From Candidatus Saccharimonas aalborgensis (GTDB lineage Bacteria; Patescibacteriota; Saccharimonadia; Saccharimonadales; Saccharimonadaceae): a stretch of DNA of 32,000 nt. The notes under the pieces are model-generated. The model was not told the origin of the DNA. It saw only the letters and a list, made by a program, of their open reading frames with translations, and searched no databases. Each line of letters begins with the position of its first letter. Positions within the stretch are counted from its first letter, which is position 1. The DNA lies in assembly GCF_000392435.1 (NCBI RefSeq), contig NC_021219.1, positions 981,782 through 1,013,781 of the forward strand, in the 5' to 3' direction. Positions 6,077 through 14,773 of this stretch are shown piece after piece. The translations under genes and the position numbers were made by a program.

Positions 6077-6259
6077 TTATTCAAGTTCTTCATCGTCGTT
6101 AACCGGAACATAAGTATTAAACATGTGCAATACCTGCTCTCGATGCTCTAGCGTTATGCCCAGCAAGGAAGATCCAGCAATTTTCTTGTAAAACTCAGTT
6201 GCCGCAGTATCGAGATAGTCTCGTTGCTCGGGTGTTAATTCTGCTCGTGCCTTGACCAT
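6077..6259 (-). CDS. small acidic ORF (60 aa) between rpsH and rplF
   Basis: MVKARAELTPEQRDYLDTAATEFYKK...VPVNDDEELE. Its ATG lies 1 nt after the rpsH TAG, and it ends 18 nt before the rplF ATG. No family recognised. Confidence 0.45.
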   Translation of the reverse strand: MVKARAELTPEQRDYLDTAATEFYKKIAGSSLLGITLEHREQVLHMFNTYVPVNDDEELE

Positions 6260-6260
6260 A

Positions 6261-6662
6261 CTAGTAAACCTTTAGGAGGACCTCTCCGCCTAGTTTGTTG
6301 CGTACGGCCTCGCTGCCGGTCATCACACCCCTTGAGGTTGAGACAAGCACGATGCCACGGCCACTCTTGACCTTCGGAATCTCGCTTGCACTGGCATAGA
6401 CACGACGTCCAGGCTTGCTGACACGGGCGATTTCATTGATAGTGCTGTTTTCGCCTTCGTTGTTGATCGTCACGACAAGTGTACCACGTGGTTTGCCATC
6501 CTCGAGCTTGACATCAACAAGATAGCCGTTTTTGACAAGTTGCTCGGCAACGACGTGCTTGATTTTGCTGGTAGGGACACGGATTTCACGCTTGCCAACA
6601 GCGGCAGCGTTCCTGATGCGAGTCAGGAGGTCAGCGATGGGGTCGGTTGTTTGTAAACTCAT
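6261..6662 (-). CDS. rpsH: 30S ribosomal protein S8
   Basis: MSLQTTDPIADLLTRIRNA... Start trimmed to ATG 6662, which follows AAGGAG. Confidence 0.95.
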   Translation of the reverse strand: MSLQTTDPIADLLTRIRNAAAVGKREIRVPTSKIKHVVAEQLVKNGYLVDVKLEDGKPRGTLVVTINNEGENSTINEIARVSKPGRRVYASASEIPKVKSGRGIVLVSTSRGVMTGSEAVRNKLGGEVLLKVY

Positions 6663-6679
6663 GAATTGATCTCCTTTCT

Positions 6680-6949
6680 TTACCAACTACTCTTAGTGAT
6701 ACCAGGGATTTCTCCCTTGACTGCTTTTTCACGGAAATTGATACGGCTCAGGCCAAAGCGGCGCATAAATCCTCGGGGTCGTCCGCTCAAAACATCGCGG
6801 TTTTTCCAACGAGTAGGGCTCGAGTTTCGAGGTAACTTCTGGAGGCCATCGACATCTCCCAACTCCTTGAGCTCTGCACGCTTGGCGGCGTATTTCTGAA
6901 TCATTCGCTGACGCTTTGCATCTTTTGCGATCATAGATTTCTTAGCCAT
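6680..6949 (-). CDS. rpsN: 30S ribosomal protein S14 (long, non-zinc form)
   Basis: 89 aa, [14 protein letters not shown]...[11 protein letters not shown]. Confidence 0.95.
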   Translation of the reverse strand: MAKKSMIAKDAKRQRMIQKYAAKRAELKELGDVDGLQKLPRNSSPTRWKNRDVLSGRPRGFMRRFGLSRINFREKAVKGEIPGITKSSW

Positions 6950-7534
6950 TTAGCGGCCTCCTTCTTTCTCAAACGGTAGTCCAAATTTCTCGAGTAACGC
7001 GCGGCTTGCTAGTTTGTTGCCTTGCTTGATGGCAAACGTGATTTGCATGCCGTGGACGAGTTGTGTTTCCTCGAAACTTAGTTCGGGGAAAATGCTCTGG
7101 TCGGTGATACCGAGATTGTAGTTACCGCCGCGATCAAACTTGAGGCCGACGCCGTGAAAGTCGCGGACACGTGGCAATGCGACATTGACAAAACGATCGA
7201 GGAACTCGTACATTTGTGTACCACGAAGGGTGACGTTGATGCCAACAGGCGCACCCATACCAGCACGGATCTTGAACGTCGCAATTGATTTCTTTGCGAG
7301 ACGTTCGACGGGCGCTTGGCCTGTGACGCGAGTCAGTGTATTCTTGACGGTTTCAAGCATACGCTTGTCGTCTTTTGTCTTACCTGTTCCTACGCTGACG
7401 ACGATTTTCTCGAGAACTGGTACTTCATGTACGTTATCGAGCTTCAGTTCGGCTTGCAGTTCCTTGACATAGGTGTCACGGTACAAGGCTTTCAAGCGAG
7501 GAGTGTAGACGGCTTGTTTCTTGGATTCTGCCAT
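6950..7534 (-). CDS. rplE: 50S ribosomal protein L5
   Basis: 194 aa, typical L5 sequence (...ITDQSIFPE...). TAATG overlap with rplX. Confidence 0.95.
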   Translation of the reverse strand: MAESKKQAVYTPRLKALYRDTYVKELQAELKLDNVHEVPVLEKIVVSVGTGKTKDDKRMLETVKNTLTRVTGQAPVERLAKKSIATFKIRAGMGAPVGINVTLRGTQMYEFLDRFVNVALPRVRDFHGVGLKFDRGGNYNLGITDQSIFPELSFEETQLVHGMQITFAIKQGNKLASRALLEKFGLPFEKEGGR

Positions 7535-7851
7535 TACTTAATCTCCTTATTTTTGAGTTGGCGAGCGACGCGCGCTTTGCCACCATCAACTTTATGTACG
7601 TAGCCGACGCGGCTTGTCTTGCTCGTCTTTTCATCGACGACAAGGGCAAGCTTGTGTAGGCTAACGGCAACATGAATGTCTTTTTTGCCACCACGCGGGT
7701 TGAGCTGACTTGGTTTGACATGTCGATGTCCGAGGCCAACTCCCTCAACAAGTGCACCTTGAGCAGAGAGTGCGAGCACTTTGCCTGTGGTACCTTTTTG
7801 TGATCCGCTTATGATCTTGACGATATCACCAGTACGAATACGCTGAGCCAT
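7534..7851 (-). CDS. rplX: 50S ribosomal protein L24
   Basis: MAQRIRTGDIVKIISGSQKGTTGKV... (KOW motif). Start trimmed from the longer open frame to ATG 7851. Confidence 0.9.
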   Translation of the reverse strand: MAQRIRTGDIVKIISGSQKGTTGKVLALSAQGALVEGVGLGHRHVKPSQLNPRGGKKDIHVAVSLHKLALVVDEKTSKTSRVGYVHKVDGGKARVARQLKNKEIK

Positions 7852-7852
7852 A

Positions 7853-8221
7853 CTAGAGTACCTCCGGCGCAAGGCTGATGATCTTTGCGTAGCCCAGATC
7901 GCGCAGCTCGCGGGGTACGGGACCAAAGACACGCGTTGCCTTGGGGGTCTTGTCATCGTTGATAATTACTGCGGCGTTATCATCAAAGCAGATTGTGCTA
8001 CCGTCGCGGCGGCGAATTTGATCGCGTGTGCGAACGATAACTGCCTTGACAACTGACTTTTTCTTGACGTTTCCGGTGGGGTTGGCATCTTTTACGCTTG
8101 CGGTAATGATATCACCAACTCTCGCATAGCGACGCCTAGAGCCACCAAGCACCTTGATACAAAGGATTTCCTTTGCACCACTGTTGTCGGTGACCTTGAG
8201 ACGAGTTTCTTGTTGGATCAT
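7853..8221 (-). CDS. rplN: 50S ribosomal protein L14
   Basis: [18 protein letters not shown]... Start trimmed to ATG 8221. Confidence 0.95.
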   Translation of the reverse strand: MIQQETRLKVTDNSGAKEILCIKVLGGSRRRYARVGDIITASVKDANPTGNVKKKSVVKAVIVRTRDQIRRRDGSTICFDDNAAVIINDDKTPKATRVFGPVPRELRDLGYAKIISLAPEVL

Positions 8222-8222
8222 G

Positions 8223-8552
8223 CTATGCGCCCTCCTCGTCTTTCTTGTCATGGTCGAGGTCAATCTTGTCCTCGACGGCTTCGTTGACCTCAGATTTGAG
8301 TTCGATCGAGCCCTTGCTGCGCTCAACAATCTTTTCGAGCACAAATGACTTTGTCTTGCTCACTGGTCGACATTCGACAATTGTCACCTTGTCGCCTTTG
8401 TTGGCGTCGTTTTTGGGATCATGAGCAGCATAGGTACGGTTTACCGTATACTGCTTGCCATAAATCGGGTGCGTCTCTCGACTTGTCACGGTGACGACAA
8501 TCGTCTTGTCGGCAAGGCTTGAGGTCACCACACCGGTCAATGATTTGGCCAT
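8223..8552 (-). CDS. rpsQ: 30S ribosomal protein S17 with acidic C-terminal extension
   Basis: [11 protein letters not shown]...KTIVVTV..., an S17 core followed by ...[12 protein letters not shown]. Confidence 0.9.
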   Translation of the reverse strand: MAKSLTGVVTSSLADKTIVVTVTSRETHPIYGKQYTVNRTYAAHDPKNDANKGDKVTIVECRPVSKTKSFVLEKIVERSKGSIELKSEVNEAVEDKIDLDHDKKDEEGA

Positions 8553-8783
8553 TTAGTTACCTTCCTTTCCTGCCAGCTCGGCTGCACGTTTGGCAGTCAT
8601 GAGACGGGCGATTTCTTTACGTGTCGTACGGAGGATGCGTGGGTTGACGAGCTCTCCGGCACGGTGTGAACGGCGGCTCTCAAAGAGGTCTTGGCGCTTA
8701 GCGGCAAGCTGCTCTGTCACACTGGCGGCTGGCTTCTCTGACTTAGGGGTAGACGTTTTGGTTGTCTTTTTAGGTTCAGCCAT
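8553..8783 (-). CDS. rpmC: 50S ribosomal protein L29
   Basis: 76 aa. Assigned from its position between rplP and rpsQ and an L29-like helical core (...LFESRRSHRAGELVNPRILRTTRKEIARL...). Confidence 0.85.
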   Translation of the reverse strand: MAEPKKTTKTSTPKSEKPAASVTEQLAAKRQDLFESRRSHRAGELVNPRILRTTRKEIARLMTAKRAAELAGKEGN

Positions 8784-8784
8784 A

Positions 8785-9198
8785 TTATGCCTCCTCTCTC
8801 TTTACAAACCGTGTCTTGACGGGCAATTTGTGTCCAGCGAGACGCATCGCTTCGCGAGCAATCTCTTCAGTAACACCTTTCATTTCAAATAGCACGGTTC
8901 CGGTCTTGACCTTTGCGACGTAAAATTCGGGGTTGCCCTTACCACCACCCATTTTGAGGCCCAGTGGCTTACGCGTTACTGGTGTGTGCGGGAAGATGCG
9001 AATCCAGATCTTACCACCACGCTTGATGTAACGTGTCATCGCCTGACGAGCAGACTCGATCTGGCGGCTCGTAATGCGCTCATTGTCGAGGCTTTGGAGG
9101 CCGTAGTCGCCGAAGGCAACATAGTGGCCACGCGTCGCGACGCCATCGTTTTTGCCGATGCGAACTTTGCGATGCGGAACTTTCTTTGGCAGAAGCAT
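8785..9198 (-). CDS. rplP: 50S ribosomal protein L16
   Basis: [15 protein letters not shown]...[14 protein letters not shown]... Confidence 0.95.
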   Translation of the reverse strand: MLLPKKVPHRKVRIGKNDGVATRGHYVAFGDYGLQSLDNERITSRQIESARQAMTRYIKRGGKIWIRIFPHTPVTRKPLGLKMGGGKGNPEFYVAKVKTGTVLFEMKGVTEEIAREAMRLAGHKLPVKTRFVKREEA

Positions 9199-9842
9199 TA
9201 GACGTCACTCCTTTCACCCTTGTAGACCCATACTTTGACACCGATAATACCGGTACCATTAGGGCCAAGTGCACGTGCAGTATGGAAATCAATGTCAGCG
9301 CGAAGCGTATGAAGCGGGACGGAACCCTCGATCACTTTTTCGCGACGGCTCATCTCGGCACCATTGAGTCGACCAGCGACCTCTATACGGATGCCTTTTG
9401 CACCAGCGTTCATGGCGTTTTGGGCAGCCATTTTGACCGCACGGCGGAAGTTGGCGCGGCGCTCAAGCTGACGAGCGATGTTTTCTGCAACCAGCTTTGC
9501 AGCGAGCTCGGGGCGTTTGACTTCCTCAATATTGATGCGAACTGGCAAACTCGTGATTTTTTCGATATCTTTTTTGAGCTCAGTGACACCAGCACCACCT
9601 CGGCCGATGACGACGCCCGCTTTCGCAGTGTGAATTGTCACCGTGATGAGGTTTGCACTTCGCTCTACCTCAATTAAATTGATCGTTGGTCGACTCGCAA
9701 ACTTAGCTTCGATGAGTTCGCGGACCCTTGCATCCTCCACCAGCCACTTGGCAAAATCACGCTTGTTTGAACTAAACCATCGTGAACTCCAGTTTTTGTG
9801 GACTTGGAGGCGGAAGCTAATTGGGTTTACTTTTTGGCCCAT
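9198..9842 (-). CDS. rpsC: 30S ribosomal protein S3
   Basis: [12 protein letters not shown]..., containing a KH domain. Confidence 0.95.
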   Translation of the reverse strand: MGQKVNPISFRLQVHKNWSSRWFSSNKRDFAKWLVEDARVRELIEAKFASRPTINLIEVERSANLITVTIHTAKAGVVIGRGGAGVTELKKDIEKITSLPVRINIEEVKRPELAAKLVAENIARQLERRANFRRAVKMAAQNAMNAGAKGIRIEVAGRLNGAEMSRREKVIEGSVPLHTLRADIDFHTARALGPNGTGIIGVKVWVYKGERSDV

Positions 9843-9847
9843 ACTAT

Positions 9848-10048
9848 TTAAACCTCCTGTTCTTCTAGTTGAGCGAGAATTGCAGCTGCTTGTGCAACGC
9901 TCTCAGGTGAATGTACTGGAACCGGAGATGCTTCACGCAACTCTTGTGCGGGATACCAATCCCAGGGCATCGATACCTTACCTGGTTTATATTCTGCACC
10001 CTTAGGTAAGCCAAATTGGATAACGTGCTTGGCTTGAGAGGTAATCAT
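9848..10048 (-). CDS. small ORF (66 aa) between rplV and rpsC
   Basis: MITSQAKHVIQFGLPKGAEYKPGKVSMPWDWYPAQELREA...LEEQEV. TAATG overlap with the rplV stop. It ends 5 nt before the rpsC ATG, and its last codons carry the rpsC GGAGG. Confidence 0.45.
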   Translation of the reverse strand: MITSQAKHVIQFGLPKGAEYKPGKVSMPWDWYPAQELREASPVPVHSPESVAQAAAILAQLEEQEV

Positions 10049-10458
10049 TATTTTTCCCCCTTTGTAGTAGCCTCAGTTTTCTTCTCGGCTGGTTTCTTAC
10101 GAACTTTTTCGGTACCACTTACCTCGACGAGGATGTGGCTACTGCGCTTTTGGAATGGCAAGGCGCGTCCGCGTGATGCAGGCTTGAACCGTCGCATACG
10201 AGGACCGGCGGTAACGCTTAAAATGCTAATGACAAGGCTCTTGTTGTCAAGCCCGTGGTTGTTTGTGGCATTTGCTGCCGCACTCGCGATGGCCTTGCGA
10301 ACCGCCAGCGCTGCACGCTTTGGTGTGTGGTCAAGGATGACCAACGCATCGGCGACAGAGCGTCCGCGAACAAGAGCGGCGACCAAGCCCATCTTTCGTG
10401 GCGTCTGGTCTATGCCCTTAATGTGCGCACGTACAGTATATACTTGTGTCTCAGCCAT
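10048..10458 (-). CDS. rplV: 50S ribosomal protein L22
   Basis: 136 aa, ...ARAHIKGIDQTPRKMGLVAALVRGRSV.... Confidence 0.95.
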   Translation of the reverse strand: MAETQVYTVRAHIKGIDQTPRKMGLVAALVRGRSVADALVILDHTPKRAALAVRKAIASAAANATNNHGLDNKSLVISILSVTAGPRMRRFKPASRGRALPFQKRSSHILVEVSGTEKVRKKPAEKKTEATTKGEK

Positions 10459-10724
10459 TATTTCTTCTCCTTGCCCCCGTGCTTGCGGAACTTGCGAGTA
10501 GGGCTAAACTCACCGAGTTTGTGTCCTACCATGTTTTCCGTGATAAGCACCGGAACGTGCACGCGACCATTGTGTACCGCGATAGTACGACCGACCATTT
10601 CTGGTGTGATCGTGCATGCGCGCGCCCAGGTCTTTATAACTGTGCGATCGTCGAGACTCAGAGCCGCCACCTTTTTGGCAAGCTTCGTATCGACGAATGG
10701 GCCTTTTTTGAGTGATCGACTCAT
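10458..10724 (-). CDS. rpsS: 30S ribosomal protein S19
   Basis: [12 protein letters not shown]...[13 protein letters not shown]... Confidence 0.95.
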   Translation of the reverse strand: MSRSLKKGPFVDTKLAKKVAALSLDDRTVIKTWARACTITPEMVGRTIAVHNGRVHVPVLITENMVGHKLGEFSPTRKFRKHGGKEKK

Positions 10725-10727
10725 AGT

Positions 10728-11567
10728 TTACCTCTTCCTCTTAGCTTCGTGACGACTGCGGACAATCATCTTGTCGGTTGATTTACGAGTGCGGGTGCGG
10801 TAACCGAGTGTGAGCTGACCCCATGGAGTACGAGGTGCTTTACCGGTACCGTGGCGGCCACCGTCACCACCACCGTGAGGGTGATCTACGGCATTTTGGA
10901 CGACACCGCGAACAGTTGGACGAATGCCTTTGCGGCGCTTGCGGCCGGCGCTCCCGATCTTGATGTTTTGGTGCTGAACATTACCGACGATGCCGATGGT
11001 TGCTTCACATTCGAGGCGGAATTTGCGGACTTCACCGCTTGGCATACGTACCATTGCGTAGTCACCTTCTTTAGCCATCAGCTGAGCTTTAGTGCCGGCA
11101 GCTCGAACGAGCTGAGCACCTTTGCCGACAGTAAGCTCGATTGCGTAGATCTGTGAACCGACAGGAATTTGTCCGAGAGGCATACGGTTGCTTGTCTCGA
11201 TGGGTGCTTCTGCACCGGTATTGAGTACCTTACCTTTGGACATCTGTGTATCTGCAAGGATGTAGTGATACAATCCGTGCTGATCTTTGACGCGAGCGAT
11301 ACGCGCACTACGGTTTGGGTCGTATTCAATTTCCTCGACAGTCAGTGTCAAACCATTTGCAAGACGATGATTGAGCAAGCGATAGTGACGACGTACACCA
11401 CCACCGCGATGGCGAACAGTGATACGTCCGGTATTGTTACGGCCTGCTCGCTGCTTGGTGCTCTTTACAAGACTTTTGAGCGGCTTGCGAGTCGTAATAT
11501 CACTCATATCCTGACTTGTCATACCGCGACGTGCAGGAGTAGTTGGGTTGTAGCTTTGGATAGCCAT
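10728..11567 (-). CDS. rplB: 50S ribosomal protein L2
   Basis: 279 aa, ...DHPHGGGDGG..., an L2 signature. Confidence 0.95.
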   Translation of the reverse strand: MAIQSYNPTTPARRGMTSQDMSDITTRKPLKSLVKSTKQRAGRNNTGRITVRHRGGGVRRHYRLLNHRLANGLTLTVEEIEYDPNRSARIARVKDQHGLYHYILADTQMSKGKVLNTGAEAPIETSNRMPLGQIPVGSQIYAIELTVGKGAQLVRAAGTKAQLMAKEGDYAMVRMPSGEVRKFRLECEATIGIVGNVQHQNIKIGSAGRKRRKGIRPTVRGVVQNAVDHPHGGGDGGRHGTGKAPRTPWGQLTLGYRTRTRKSTDKMIVRSRHEAKRKR

Positions 11568-11812
11568 TAGTAAATACCTCCAGGTCCAAGTGGTAGACGA
11601 GTATTATCTGTGCGACGAACGTGGGCCGTATCAGGCACGCAAGTGAGGTCAAGCCCACCTGAGTCGGCAGTGGTTGCTGCCTCATCAACTCCAGCTGCAG
11701 TGTGTGCTCGGTTGCCCAGGCGGGCGAGTCGCGCAGCATCATCTGGCGATAGCTCTACGCTAACCTGTTTGCGGTCAATTTTCGTGTATGGAGGAGTTTT
11801 ATACATATCCAT
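11567..11812 (-). CDS. small ORF (81 aa), G+C-rich, between rplW and rplB
   Basis: MDMYKTPPYTKIDRKQVSVELSPDDAARLARLGN...PLGPGGIY. TAATG overlaps at both ends (11810-11814 and 11565-11569). GAGGAG lies 8 nt upstream. 35/60 and 39/60 G+C counted in lines 11641-11760. Confidence 0.45.
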   Translation of the reverse strand: MDMYKTPPYTKIDRKQVSVELSPDDAARLARLGNRAHTAAGVDEAATTADSGGLDLTCVPDTAHVRRTDNTRLPLGPGGIY

Positions 11813-12132
11813 TATTTCTTCTCCTCTTTCTTTTCGTCTGTATCAAAAACCTTGATCTTGCCTTCGCTGAGAGTCACATAGGCTTTTTTGGTGTCTTGAC
11901 GAGTCGTCGTGCCAGGATAGCGGCGTTTGCCACGGTTGAAACGGATAGATTTGCCACTTTGAACCAGTGTCGTAACGCTCGCTACTTTTGTCTTGTCGAA
12001 CTGTGCTTCGACGGCATCCTTGATTTCCTGCTTGTTTGCATCGAGCGGTACATCAAAGATATAGGTGTTTTGTACTGTAATGAGCCGATAGGCTTTTTCG
12101 GTTGCTCGTGGTGTTACAAGAGTGAGTTTCAT
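11812..12132 (-). CDS. rplW: 50S ribosomal protein L23
   Basis: 106 aa. Assigned from its position between rplD and rplB and an L23-like sequence (...ATEKAYRL...FDVPLDANKQEIK...). Confidence 0.9.
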   Translation of the reverse strand: MKLTLVTPRATEKAYRLITVQNTYIFDVPLDANKQEIKDAVEAQFDKTKVASVTTLVQSGKSIRFNRGKRRYPGTTTRQDTKKAYVTLSEGKIKVFDTDEKKEEKK

Positions 12133-12755
12133 TAGTTATCTCCTCCTGCGAGCCATGACTCAACGACCTTGAGAGCGGCTGGCGTCATAACAATTTGATC
12201 AGCATTGAGAATGTAGTAGACGCTCAGGTAATTTGCGCGGACGAGGAGCACCTGCTGCATATTGTTGGTTGCACGGAGCAATTCTGGAGTCTTGTCATCG
12301 ACGACAAGCAAGACTTTTGCATCCTCATGAAACTTCTGCGCTGTCAGAAATGCGGCGATCTCGGCGGTTTTGCCAGTTGTCTTGATATCAGTTACAGTAA
12401 TTTTCTTGTTTTGGTTGGCCAATGTCAGTGCTTGGCGAAGTGCAACAAGCTTGCTGGTTTTTGACAGCTTCAGCTTGTAATTTTCGTTGCCACTTGGGCC
12501 AAAGACGATACCACCATGGCGCCAGATCGGGTTACGCGTGCTTCCGAAGCGAGCACGACCCGTACCTTTTTGTTTCCATGGTTTTTTGCCACCACCACTC
12601 ACTTCACCGCGAGTCTTAGTGGTCGCACTTGCCTTGCGGCTATTTGCGAGAAAGGCCGTATACGCGAGTTTTAGAAGCTCGTGATTTGGCACGTCAACTG
12701 CAAAGACGCTCTTAGGCAAGGTAGCTTTTGCTGGCTTTGTTTCTGCAGTAGCCAT
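12132..12755 (-). CDS. rplD: 50S ribosomal protein L4
   Basis: 207 aa, ...GGGKKPWKQKGTGRARFGSTRNPIWRHGG... Confidence 0.95.
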   Translation of the reverse strand: MATAETKPAKATLPKSVFAVDVPNHELLKLAYTAFLANSRKASATTKTRGEVSGGGKKPWKQKGTGRARFGSTRNPIWRHGGIVFGPSGNENYKLKLSKTSKLVALRQALTLANQNKKITVTDIKTTGKTAEIAAFLTAQKFHEDAKVLLVVDDKTPELLRATNNMQQVLLVRANYLSVYYILNADQIVMTPAALKVVESWLAGGDN

Positions 12756-13369
12756 TACTTAGCACCTCCGTTAATGACAATTAAGCCCTTTTTGGGGCCT
12801 GGCACAGCACCTTTGACACCAATGAGGTTGTCTGCGGCAGAGACATAGGCAACGGTGAGGTTGCGTACTGTCACCTGCTCGGCACCCATATGGCCGGCCA
12901 TGCGCTTGCCTTTAAAGATTTTTTGTGGGTACATCGAGCCAATCGAACCGACTTTGCGGGTGTTACCCTTACCACCGTGAGTTTTGCGGTGTCGTTTGAA
13001 ATTGTGACGTTTGATGGTTCCAGCCCAGCCTTTACCCTTACTGATACCAGTTGCGTCAACTGAATCACCGAGCGTAAACTCCGTGACATCCCAACTATCA
13101 CCGACCTTGATCTCACCGAGATCGTCGATGCGAAACTCCCGAATTTCCTTCGGGGACACTTTGGCTGATTTGACATGTCCAGCCACGGCCTTGCTCAGGT
13201 TCTTACCCTCACCATATGCCACTTGAACTGCGTTGTAGCCGTCGCTTTCGACGGACTTGACCTGAGTCACAGTCACTGGGCCGGCCTGAATCAACGTGAC
13301 TGGAATAGCCGCGCCGTCCTCACCGATGATTTGGGTCATACCAATTTTGGTACCGAGAAGTGCTTTCAT
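12755..13369 (-). CDS. rplC: 50S ribosomal protein L3
   Basis: MKALLGTKIGMTQ... Start trimmed to ATG 13369, which follows AAGAGGG. Confidence 0.95.
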   Translation of the reverse strand: MKALLGTKIGMTQIIGEDGAAIPVTLIQAGPVTVTQVKSVESDGYNAVQVAYGEGKNLSKAVAGHVKSAKVSPKEIREFRIDDLGEIKVGDSWDVTEFTLGDSVDATGISKGKGWAGTIKRHNFKRHRKTHGGKGNTRKVGSIGSMYPQKIFKGKRMAGHMGAEQVTVRNLTVAYVSAADNLIGVKGAVPGPKKGLIVINGGAK

Positions 13370-13478
13370 AGCCCTCTTTGCTCCCATTTAAAATCCCCGG
13401 TGGCCAGTGGTTTCCCTCTACAGGACCTACTGATTCACACAGGAACAAGTTTGTATTACGTAATAAGTTACAATGCTT

Positions 13479-13507
13479 AGTCTATCAAATGCGCTCTACT
13501 GTGTCAA
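13479..13507 (-). promoter_or_regulatory. putative promoter for the rplC...rplO transcription unit
   Basis: The minus strand reads TTGACA (13502-13507), a 17-nt spacer, then TAGACT (13479-13484). The leader to the rplC ATG is ~100 nt. Confidence 0.5.
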
Positions 13508-13542
13508 GGGTTTTAACAGATGAAGCATAGTTTAGCGTTGAT

Positions 13543-13572
13543 TTGACAAAATCTGTATTTATATTATATATA
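13543..13572 (+). promoter_or_regulatory. putative promoter for the G+C-rich three-gene cassette
   Basis: TTGACA (13543-13548), then a TATATA/ATATAT -10 region at 13565-13572 (16-18 nt spacer). It lies back-to-back with the rplC promoter. Confidence 0.5.
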
Positions 13573-13635
13573 TGGGATGGTAACATACAGCCTGGAAATA
13601 CCAGGTGTTCCTTAGCAGAAAGAGGTGTTACTATC

Positions 13636-13881
13636 TTGAAATCACGTGTGACTGGTATGGTTCTCGGCCTTGTGGTGCTCACGGCCTGCGGCGCTTCAAG
13701 CACCGCGGCCGCTGATACTCAACCGAACATGAACCCGAGAACTGGATGGGTTGTCGTTCGAGAAGATCGGCAGGTCGGAGTGTCCAAGGTGTGTGATGGG
13801 TCAACACTCATCTACCACGCCTTTGCCTACAACGGCAATGGCGGACTGGCTGTCATCGCAAACAGTCCCGAGTGCTCATAA
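13636..13881 (+). CDS. small putative lipoprotein (81 aa)
   Basis: TTG start 10 nt after AGAGG. The N-terminus MKSRVTGMVLGLVVLTAC has a basic n-region, a hydrophobic core and the lipobox L-T-A-C. The mature part has two Cys. G+C-rich. Confidence 0.6.
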   Translation: MKSRVTGMVLGLVVLTACGASSTAAADTQPNMNPRTGWVVVREDRQVGVSKVCDGSTLIYHAFAYNGNGGLAVIANSPECS

Positions 13882-13901
13882 GCAGATAGTGAGGAAAACT
13901 C

Positions 13902-14312
13902 ATGGTCAAGCCCACGATGGGTCTCGGTGACCCGATCAGTGACAAGCAGGCAGCTCGGCTTGAGCGCGTCTACCAAGTCGTGCGAGGAGTGACCGATCGC
14001 ATCTACAGGCCCCTCGACATGGAGAGGGGCGACCAGCACTTTGTGACGGAAGTCGCGAAGTACGTCATCGGCGTCGACACGACATCGCTCGACCTGCCGT
14101 TCAACCCCGAGGCCATCATGCCATTGGGGGCCAAACTCACCAAGCGGCAGCGCCGGCTGATCGGTGACGTCGTCTATGTCTGGATGCGTCGGTTCACGAC
14201 CGACTACCAGTACATGGTGCGGCTTGTCCTCCTGGCGCGGTTCGCGCGCTTCTCGAACCCAGTTCGGGTCGAGATGGCGAATCAGGCCGTCGGCCATCGT
14301 CCCAAGGAGTAG
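13902..14312 (+). CDS. hypothetical protein, 136 aa, G+C-rich
   Basis: ATG 6 nt after GAGGA. 36/60 G+C counted for 14041-14100. No family recognised. Confidence 0.6.
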   Translation: MVKPTMGLGDPISDKQAARLERVYQVVRGVTDRIYRPLDMERGDQHFVTEVAKYVIGVDTTSLDLPFNPEAIMPLGAKLTKRQRRLIGDVVYVWMRRFTTDYQYMVRLVLLARFARFSNPVRVEMANQAVGHRPKE

Positions 14313-14363
14313 GCGCTACACACTAGCCCGCTCCTACCCGCATTCTCCGGAATCATTCCGTCG

Positions 14364-14396
14364 AGAAGCCCGTAGGAGGCGGGCTTTTCGATTTTT
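14364..14396 (+). terminator. intrinsic terminator inside the cassette
   Basis: Stem agcccg/cgggct (14367-14372 / 14380-14385) with a 7-nt loop, followed by ttttcgattttt. Confidence 0.5.
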
Positions 14397-14424
14397 AGGA
14401 GATTATATGATATAGTATGGAAAT

Positions 14425-14766
14425 ATGACGGCAACAGGGCCGTCCCGTGTCCTAGGAGGATCTGTGAGCAGAAACCGTGTACCGACGTGGAAAAAGGTTC
14501 GGCACGACGCCCTCGCATCGTTGCGAGGCAGCGGCTACGAGATCGATAAGGCCATCGTCGCCATCGTGACCGCCTGCGCTCGCTACGTCGTCGGTCAAGA
14601 CTACGACCACTCGGTCGTGGACTTCGGCGATCGCGACCTGTGGGTCGACCGCGAGTACCGCCCCATCATCAGTGCGGCGGCCGACGCCGCCGACGCACTC
14701 GGGTCTAGTCACCTGGACATCTACGAGCGTGTCGGCCACCTGTACCACCTCGTCCATCAGGACTAG
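14425..14766 (+). CDS. hypothetical protein, 113 aa (or 100 aa from GTG 14464), G+C-rich
   Basis: ATG 14425 has a weak RBS. The in-frame GTG at 14464 follows AGGAGG by 4 nt. No family recognised. Confidence 0.55.
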   Translation: MTATGPSRVLGGSVSRNRVPTWKKVRHDALASLRGSGYEIDKAIVAIVTACARYVVGQDYDHSVVDFGDRDLWVDREYRPIISAAADAADALGSSHLDIYERVGHLYHLVHQD

Positions 14767-14773
14767 GCGACAC

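Noticed and set aside
7852-8344. N-terminal extensions given by the ORF track for rplX, rplN, rpsH, rplC, rpsJ, moxR, the deacetylase, the anti-sigma factor and the helicase.
   Set aside because: The extensions overlap the upstream genes and lack RBSs. Internal ATGs with SD sequences give the canonical protein N-termini.
4560-12684. Numerous plus-strand ORFs antisense to, or minus-strand ORFs out of frame with, ribosomal protein genes (e.g. 4560-5150, 9186-9677, 10255-10752, 11169-11570, 7476-7757).
   Set aside because: They lie entirely inside well-supported r-protein genes, have no start context, and encode low-complexity products.
901-13960. A 9-nt match (ctcggtgac) between the reverse complement of the RNA locus (~921-929) and the start of cassette ORF 13902-14312. 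I considered it as possible guide-target complementarity.
   Set aside because: Several chance 9-mer matches are expected between segments of these sizes, and the complementarity does not extend.
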